Below, in pieces: positions 31,964-40,021 of a stretch of 40,021 bases of DNA. The notes below the pieces were generated by a model. The model had not been told where the DNA came from. It ran no database searches and saw nothing but the letters and a program-made list of their open reading frames with translations. The stretch's first letter is position 1. The number at the start of each line of letters is the position of its first letter. The stretch is from Pelomyxa schiedti (taxonomy: Eukaryota > Protista > Evosea), in NCBI GenBank assembly GCA_020536535.1, contig JAHLWZ010000361.1, positions 1 to 40,021 of the forward strand, in the 5' to 3' direction. The position numbers and the translations under genes are program-made.

Positions 31964-34669
31964 ATGGCAGGGGTTTTCGAGGGAGGGGGGCCGCCGGCAT
32001 CAGCAGCAGCGGCGGCGTCCTCGTCGACCACCACGACGACCACGTCCTCGGCGGCGGCGGCGGGGGGCGGCGCGCCGGCGGTGCTTGTTGGGAGCCTGGG
32101 GGCGGACGCGGGGGTGAGCGCGGTGCTGTGGTACTGGTACAACACGTCGCCGGTGGGGTGGGTGCCCTACGCGATGAACGTGAGGGACATACTGGAGAGA
32201 GGCTACTCCCACCGCATAAAGGAGATAAAAGTAGACAACGGTGTGTCTGTGTCTTGGCGCTGTTGATGTGTCTGTTGTTGTTGTTTTTGTTTCTGTTGTG
32301 TTTTTGAGTTTTTGTTTGGTTTGGTTGTTGTGTTGTTTTTTTTTTTTTTTTTTTGTGGTAGGGATACACAATGACGATATATTATCGTGACTTAACTTGG
32401 TGACTAAAAATGATAGACCGTTTTGTTGAGATTTGCGCGTTTGATGCGGTGAAGAAGAACTTTGCAAAGCTTCCTGCAGATGCTTCAAGCACTACTTGTA
32501 TTGGGATACAGAGGAGATATGATGATGAAACAAAACGGTTGCCTTCGTTTTTAGAATGTGTTTTTTCTCTAACCTGGGAACCAAGGCGTTTGGTGAAGCG
32601 CGAAGTGCCTCAGTTCTTTTCAGCACACACTTTTCACATTACTGGTGGTTATTCCCAACAAGTGTCCGACGAACTCACTGATATGATATGCCTTTATGGT
32701 GGTGTTATAAGTGCATTACTGTCCAAGAAGGTTTTCATCTAGTAGGGCATTACAGTTTGTAACTGTTGCGTAGGTGACAATAGTTATTATGCCTGACAAC
32801 GACGCTGAAATGTATACAAAAATCAAAGGGAAAGTCTCTGGTAAAAATATGATAAAAACCTGAATGCTTCTCAAAATTCCACTTAGGCTGGGCACTGCCA
32901 GTTGTTGACCACAAGTGGATCCTTGAATGCATAAAACGGTCAGGCCTCATTGATCATACCCCCTATGTCGTGGTAAGGCAGCACCCCGCCCCTCTTCCAA
33001 GTTCCTTACCAAAATGACAGAAACCCCCTCCTCCCACACCAAAGCAAGGCAAGAAATATGAACAATGAGCTTATCTAATGATTTTGCAGTTCCGCAAAAA
33101 CGCAAGCATGGTAGTTCCAGTGAGGAGGAAGAGGAAAAAAAGCCCAAAGGACCTGATAAAAAGAAAGGTAGTCTTACTTCTCCTTCTGTAACTGACTGTA
33201 TCACAGGGCGCAAAGCCAAGTCCTCTTCAAGCAGCTCCAGTAGTGATAGCGATAGTAAGAAAAAAAAGAAGAAGGATAAAAAGAAGAAGAAAGATAAAAA
33301 GAAGAAGGACAAAAAGAAGAAGGATAGGAAAATGAAAGGTTTGGCAAGTTGTCTCTCTCAATCAGGACCTTATTGAATCAGATCTTGCTCCTGCTGTGAG
33401 TATTGAGCAAGGAAGTCAGTGGGCGGGATCTTGCACATATGCTGAAACTAAGGAAGTATACCCTTTTGTTGTCTACATGGACAAAGTGTGTAGCTACCGC
33501 TCTCAGATTGAGTATAACAACTGCATTGAGGTGGTTGATGATAAAGTTGAAGGCAGAGTAAAGTGGACATCACTGAATGATGCCGAAACTCGTTTTAGAG
33601 GCACTACAGATGGTAGTGCTTTTGAGTTCCAAGAATATGAAGTAAGAGCGTTCCTATCTTGTTTCTCTTCTTGTATTCTTATATTTTCGCCAGATTATCA
33701 AGGGAGTCGATGATGTCGAAGGTGTCACTACTCTTCTTTTTTACAGACTCAACTAAGAGGAATTATAGTTCCTCAGACATACAAGGGGAGAATTACAGGA
33801 AATTGCGTAATTGGGAAATTGGAAAGCAAACAAGATATTGCATTTTCCCTCATGTTATCTGCTGCGGCACCTCCGCCTCCACCTCCTCCAAAGCCACTGT
33901 TTGTAAAAGGTAGCTTCTTGCTAATGTTCGAATCTAATGTGAGGAAACAGAGCTGGAGGCACTTGAGGGGGGAACAGTCTGGTCCGGTGTTTTCGTTACA
34001 GAAATACCTTTCACCCTAAAAATCGACACTGCCAACGCAGGTCCCCTTTTTCTTTATCTTTTCCTGCAGTTTATTCACCACTAACTCTTCTCAGTCGACC
34101 TGACCGGCACGCTCTCATGGTCGACACTTTCCGGCTGTACCCAGACACTCTTCAAAGGAAAGAGGGAGGAAAGCACCCTCACGTTCACCGAGACGCTGCC
34201 GGACAGCCAGCCTCCCACCCCACTCACAGTCCCCCTTCCCCGCTTTTTCCAAGCAACGCCGCAGCCGCAGCAACAGCAACCGGCAGCAGCAGCAGTAGTA
34301 CCAGCGGCAAACACCCCAGCTTCTGACAACAAGCCCGCATCACCCCCACAAACCTCGGCCAGCAATGCCGCGGCACCTCCGCAGACAACACAAACAACAG
34401 CGACTTCTGCAGCAGCACCACCTCCGCAGCAGCAACAATCCAGCACCACTACTGCCGCTGCGGCTCCTGCAACTAATGCTGCAGCCCCGCCTGCACCACA
34501 GCAACCTCCGGCTAGTGCCGCAGTGATTACTCTCTCAGGAACTGTTTCACAAGGGCAAGGCCTGGCTCCTGTACCACTTGGAACTTTCCGGCTCTCACCA
34601 GCACCCCAAGCACCTCCTCAACAGCAACAGGCACAACAACCACCAGCACAACAAACCAACCAACCCTAA
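31964..34669 (+). CDS. WWE + BRCT domain protein with a Lys-rich tract and a C-terminal beta-rich region
   Basis: WWE-like WYWYNTSPVGWVPYAMNVRDILERGY...QRRYDDETK|RRLVKR; BRCT-like FFSAHTFHITG..DMICLYGGVIS..VTIVI..PVVDHKWILECI; stop TAA at 34667-69. Confidence 0.75.
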
Positions 34670-34804
34670 CCAGGCATCTTCTTCAAGACTTCTCCAAGAC
34701 TGGTTACAACTAAGTTTTTTGCCCGTTATCCAACAACAAGACAAAAAAAAAAAACAAAAATACAAAAAAAAAAACCAAACTCCAAGCAAGCACAGCATTC
34801 TAGA

Positions 34805-36319
34805 ATGTCAGATATCGAGTGGGAATGGGAATCATCGTCGTCATCAGCATCGTCCTCATCCGGATCAGACTCTGAATCCGATTCCTCTTCCTCTGGTTCC
34901 GAAAGTGATGGTGACAATGGCGTTGGCGCGCGCGAGCCGGTACCCAAGAGGCCCCGCTGCTCGTCCTCCGACGAGGCGCGCGCGGGCGCCCCCGCGAGCA
35001 CAGGCTCCTCCTCCTCCTCTTCGTCCTCCCCCGCCTCCGCAGCAGCAGCCTCGTCGTCGTCGGCGGTGCCGCCGCCGCCCCTGCAGCCTGCGGAGACGCC
35101 CGAGGAGATGCCCATAATAGCGTGCACGGGGGCGATGCAGGAGGAATTAATACTGAGGACAGTCCAGAGGGCTACTTCGTACCTGGACCAACTCGCGTCT
35201 CAAGCCCAAATAGTGAGTGCCGTTTGGATTTGATCCGATTCACCTAATTGGCCGATTATAACCCGTTTGTATATTTAAATAAACAATAACACAGAGATAA
35301 TAATGGTAGTAGTAACAATAATCACCAACTACACAAGGGAACTGCTGCAATAAATGCGGAGATTGACAGGAAGATGTCGGAAGTGAAGGCTAGCTTTTGC
35401 GAAATGGTTGATGTGAGAGTGGCCCAATTGAAAGGGCAAGTGCAAGCTAATCTTGAAGTGTGTTACATGATGCCATTCAACTCTAGTTATTGACAAACTA
35501 CAAGAGGTCCGTGACCAACCTTAAGATGCTCAACACAACCGATTTCACAGCAAAACAAACAGTGAGTTTCTCCTTTATTATTGGGTTTTTCACAGGATTC
35601 ACTTTGATTGAAGCTTTTCTACCCTGAAAGGGCCCTCACAACACAACTCTCTCGGGTACATGAAATCTTTGGAGATATTTTCGTTTGCAGAGGTATTTCA
35701 TTTTGCAAGATAGCTCAAAAATGAACACTTTCCAAAAGGAACCCACATTTTGGACCTTCCTAGGCCTGTGTTGGTTCAGATCATTAAGCAATTACCGCGG
35801 CGCTCTATTTTAGCCACTCGCACTGTATGCTATGAATTTTGGGAAGCCGTTCGTGAATGTAAACAACTCCCGAACTCAAAACAATCACAATAAAACCCTG
35901 TGCCACTTACTTATATTTTGGCAGCGTCATCTTGCAACTGTGTATTCTTCTCACCCGTGCAAATGAATGTAAGTGGCAAATGGAAGCTCCTTGGCGGCAA
36001 CACTATTACCACTCCAACCATAGATTTCCGTGTCAAAGTGAAAAAAGACGGGAAGGACTTCGTTGTGTCACTAAGAATTGCAAAGTGGAAGCTGTACATG
36101 CAACCAATGGACCTCCGCTTTAAGGCCACTGTGACGATGGACAACAATGAGGTGCTTGTGGCCAGGCATTCCGGGATCACCATAACACAAAGGGACTTGC
36201 AGCTCATGTCGGATGGTTGTCCCACAACAGTGAGGCTAGAGTATCCTGAAGGTTCCACAACAACCCCACCAACAAAACAGTTCAACCTCACTATCAAAGT
36301 CAAGGATTCCATCCCTTGA
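34805..36319 (+). CDS. F-box protein (Ser-rich N-terminus, coiled coil, central F-box, C-terminal beta domain), paralog 1
   Basis: Exon near 35740-35858 encodes HILDLPRPVLVQIIKQLPRRSILATRTVCYEFWEAVRE (F-box pattern LP..l...I...L....l.....VC..w). Confidence 0.75.
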
Positions 36320-36617
36320 CAACTGCCCTCAACTAAAATTGTATAATAACAAAATCATATGGGTTCGATACCAGATACCACCCCCTCTTTCCTGAATCTT
36401 CCAAAACTTTGAACCAACACATTGTTGAATATTTACCTTTCGGATCCCATCGCTGTTGAATGCAACCACGGTGTTATCCCAGCTACAAATTGGTAGTTGC
36501 ACCAAAAACCCTCCACANNNNNNNNNNNNNNNNNNNNNNNNNNNNNNNNNNNNNNNNNNNNNNNNNNNNNNNNNNNNNNNNNNNNNNNNNNNNNNNNNNN
36601 NNNNNNNNNNNNNNNNN

Positions 36618-37862
36618 GCGGCGGCGGTGCTACGCAGCAGGAGGGGCAGGAGGGGCGGGAGGGGCGGGAGCAAGGAGGCGATGAACTGGAACTGGTGCAG
36701 TCGACGGTGAGGGATGCCACCTCGTACGTGGACATACTCGCTACGCAAGCTCAACGTGTGTGTGTTCTGTTTTTGTTGTTTTGTTTGTTGTGTGTTGTTG
36801 TTGTTGTTTTTGTTGCTATTGTTATGGTGTTGTTGTTACTGTTGCTGTTGATTGACAATTGAGTTAACAAACAACCACAAAAGGGAACTGCCGAAGTTAA
36901 TGCGGAAATTGACAGGGAGATGTCAAGATTGAAGGCTGCTATCGATGGAATAGTTGATGAGAGAGTGACCCAATTGAAAGAGCGAGTGCAGGTCAATCTC
37001 AGAGTGTGTTGCATAATGCCATTCAACTCTAGTTATTTACAAAGCACAAGAGGTCTCTGGCCAGCCTTAAACGGCTCAACACAACCGATTTCACAGTGAA
37101 ACAAACAGTGAGTTTCTCCATTATTATTCGGGACTCACTTTGAGTGAAGCTTTTCTACCCTGAAAGAACCATCACAAGACTACTCTCGAGGGTACATGAA
37201 ACTTTGGGAGAAATTTCCGTTTTCAGGGGTATTTCACTCTACCTGAAAGATATTGAGTAACACTTTCCCAAAGGAACCCACATTTTGGTTCTTCCTAGGC
37301 CTGTGTTGATTCACATAATTAAGCATTTGCCTCCAAAATCTATTTTAGGTTCTCGTCTTGTGTGTTCCCAATTTTTGGAAGCCATCCGTGAATGTATGCA
37401 AACAACCACAAAACACCCTGTATAAATTCCTTACATTTTTGCAGGGTCCGCTTGCAGTGTCTGTGTATTCTCCGCAGCTGCACAAAGGGACTCATATGGG
37501 AAATGGAAAATCCTTGGAAGCAACGCCATTACCACTCCAACCATGGATTTCAGTGTGATCTGTGAAGTCATGGAAGGGAAGGACATGGTGTACACTTGGC
37601 GCTTGCAATGCAGAAGCTGCACAGGCAACCAAAGGAGCTGAGCATTCGGGCCACTGTGCCAGGAAACAACAAAGAGGTGGTTGTGGCCAGCCGCTCTGGG
37701 GTCATTATAACACAAGAGGACTTGCAACAGATGTTGGACTGGGGTGCACTGATGCCAATAAGTTTGCAGGAATGCGGCACAGATTATACAAAAAAGCCTG
37801 ACAAGTTCAACCTCTCCATTACAGTCAGTGACTACTTTGCTGCTCCTGTGCACTCTCATTGA
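36618..37862 (+). CDS. F-box protein, tandem paralog 2 (5' end in gap)
   Basis: Same exon series as paralog 1; HILVLPRPVLIHIIKHLPPKSILGSRLVCSQFLEAIRE; C-terminal VVVASRSGVIITQEDLQ..FNLSITVSD. Confidence 0.72.
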
Positions 37863-37953
37863 TGTAAACAAGGGCAAACACAAACATTTTTTGTTTGTTT
37901 TTTTGAGCAAAAAAATATTTGAGTTGTGAGTTTGAAATATAGATACAAACAAG

Positions 37954-39096
37954 TTACACTTTGAGGATGCCATCATCATGCATGGTGATCAACCTGCGGC
38001 AAACCTCCTGGAATAGGTTCATTACATTGTCACCGCTTTTGGCACTGCATTCAAAGAATACAGGTTCGCCACCCCCGGTAAGGCCTTCTGGGAATGTCTC
38101 ATGCAGGAATTTCTGTGCCTCAGAGGCCTCCACGGCCCGCTGGGTGTCAAGGTCCGATTTGTTCCCCACAAAGGCTAGTAATAGGTTCTGTGGAGCACAT
38201 AGTTTGAGTTCATCCACCCACTTTTTGGCCACGCTGAATGATTCCTGCGGAGGAAATCAGTTTGAAACTTGATTGGGAAAGACGCACAGGACTGGTAATA
38301 TCATAAACTGGGGAGCCGGAAAGCGGCAAGTTAATACAAGGTGAAAGAAAAGATACTAACCTATAAGAGCAACACGCGCATCTACTGAGAGTTAACTCAA
38401 TGAAAAGATCTAAAGATAGTGCATACTTCGATAGTACATTGGTGTCAACGATCGGTAACGCTCTGAGTTGAGTGATTACATGAAGTGGCGAAATCAAAAT
38501 TGTGCATGGTACCTTGGCCCGCAGTATCCCACAGCTGCTGAATGTTAATAACCACGGTATTATCACTAAAAAATTATTCAATTAAAAATGTACTCAAGAA
38601 CCTCAAGTTTGACTGTGCGGGAATCAACGGACAGCCTGTGAGCCTGAAATGATGCCCTTTATTGGCAAAAGTTAAAAAAGAGTGAAACCTATTTTTAATT
38701 AAATAATAATTTCGAGTTAGTGGGAATTTGGCAGCTGCTCTCATATGTGGTAAGTAGAAATTACCCAATTGTCGGCAATGCTTCAACAAACTGTCCCTGG
38801 ACCAGGCGCCCAACGAGGCAAGTCTTCCCGGCACTGGTATGTCCCAACAGCACCACTTTAATACCGACTTCCAACAAATTCGGCCCACTTCCACTACCAT
38901 TGCTACTTGTACCACTGCCCCCTACCTTCACTATCAAAAACAAAAAAAAAAAGTTAGAGAAAGGGGTACCATGCACGCAAAAAAAAAAAAAAAACCAAAT
39001 GGAACCACACAAAAGCCGACGGGGAGGTAGAAACAAAAACAAAACAAAAGCCCAACCTTGAGACGAATTTGAACTCGAAGAGTGGCGACACCCCAT
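37954..39096 (-). CDS. Rab5-family GTPase with N-terminal MGC acylation motif and no C-terminal prenylation cysteines (ARA6/RabF1-like)
   Basis: Spliced product MGCRHSSSSNSSQ..IKVVLLGHTSAGKT..PTIG|ASF..LWDTAGQ|ERYRSLTPMYYR..VYDIT..VGNKSD..ECSAK..HDDGILKV*. Confidence 0.85.
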
Positions 39097-39293
39097 CGCC
39101 CGCCACGCACGTTTGATTTCACGGAACCAACAATCTCCGATCTCAAATCTACCAATCAAAGCGGTTTGGAGAATGGCAGAACACCCAACCTCANNNNNNN
39201 NNNNNNNNNNNNNNNNNNNNNNNNNNNNNNNNNNNNNNNNNNNNNNNNNNNNNNNNNNNNNNNNNNNNNNNNNNNNNNNNNNNNNNNNNNNNN

Positions 39294-40021
39294 CCGGTGA
39301 CAATGACGAGGAGGAGGAAGTGGTTGCAGTTACGTTGGGAAGGAAGGTGCATTTGAAAACAGTTCCATACGACCCAGACCCAAGTGTGGACACAACCTTC
39401 AGGTCTGTCTCTTGGATTGACACCGTTGATTTGATTCGAACTTGGAATTGAACAACTGTGTTCGTGCTACCGTTTCCTTGTTGTTGATGACGATGAATGT
39501 CATCCAAGGTTCTGTACGAGTCATTCAACAGCTGTTCCTCAGAGTTGTTGTTTTCTAGACCAATAGTGAAAATAACTTGCTGAGATGGTTCCACTCCAAA
39601 CTTCCTTGAAATGATGAGCCTCACAACCTGTGTTTGTTTGTTGGTTTCCCCCCAGTATGCAGTGAGAAACAAAGCAAACAAGAGGGGAGGAGGTTTCAAG
39701 AGAGGAAAGAGCACCATTTGAACAGGACAGAAGCCACACACAATTTCATAGAAAGCGGGAAAGTCTTCGAACACAATCCTGATTTGCGATTGCTTGCAGT
39801 TATTGTTGTTGTTTTCAGGGAGAATGTTGCACCACGTGCCTTCTCCTTGTTCAACATGTGACATCACATGATTTGTGTCTGTTTGACAGTTACAATATTG
39901 GTGGTGCCGTGTTGTGTGTGGTTGGTTGAGAAAGGGGAAGGGGATGGTAATTAGTGAGCAGAACAAACAGTGTTGGAGATCAAGAAATCTTTGTTGGTCT
40001 GATGCTCTTTCATCACTTTCT
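39294..40021 (-). CDS. Second variant of the K3 Ubl-region fragment (other bubble branch)
   Basis: Near-identical to 1-729 with SNPs and indels (CKQSQ vs CKRSQ, FYEIV vs FNEIV, one fewer CAA); same 121-bp flanks. Confidence 0.85.

Noticed and set aside
1-40021. Terminal direct repeats suggesting an LTR element or circular replicon
   Set aside because: They are kinase-gene bubble fragments; no transposase, reverse transcriptase or integrase motifs were seen.

Overview
Eukaryotic, intron-dense protist DNA with short GT-AG introns; the gene style resembles archamoebae such as Pelomyxa, which is an inference, not a database result. Eight contig pieces are joined by seven 100-N gaps. The window is dominated by a paralog cluster of ankyrin - coiled-coil - ubiquitin-like - TKL kinase genes: three full copies, one ankyrin-only copy, one pseudogene, and two variant fragments that fill an assembly bubble. 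Main discovery: in the minus-strand members, the beta-hairpin (d-x-x-G-x) between ankyrin repeats 2 and 3 is absent from the large exons. It is instead encoded by arrays of single-codon (3-nt) microexons plus a 6-nt Gly-Asp microexon. In one paralog these rebuild the exact ankyrin consensus (NLQ|D|H|F|GD|TALH). In another the intron+codon cassette has been tandemly amplified to about 16 microexons rich in Tyr/Arg/Gly, all frame-neutral and stop-free. This is a candidate DARPin-like, splicing-based receptor diversification system; transcript evidence is needed. Other genes: a receptor-type class III adenylyl cyclase, a DUF3626-like protein, an EF-hand protein, an LRR-Ras-like fusion, a WWE-BRCT protein, two F-box paralogs, an N-acylated ARA6-like Rab5 lacking C-terminal cysteines, and members of a helical-repeat family.
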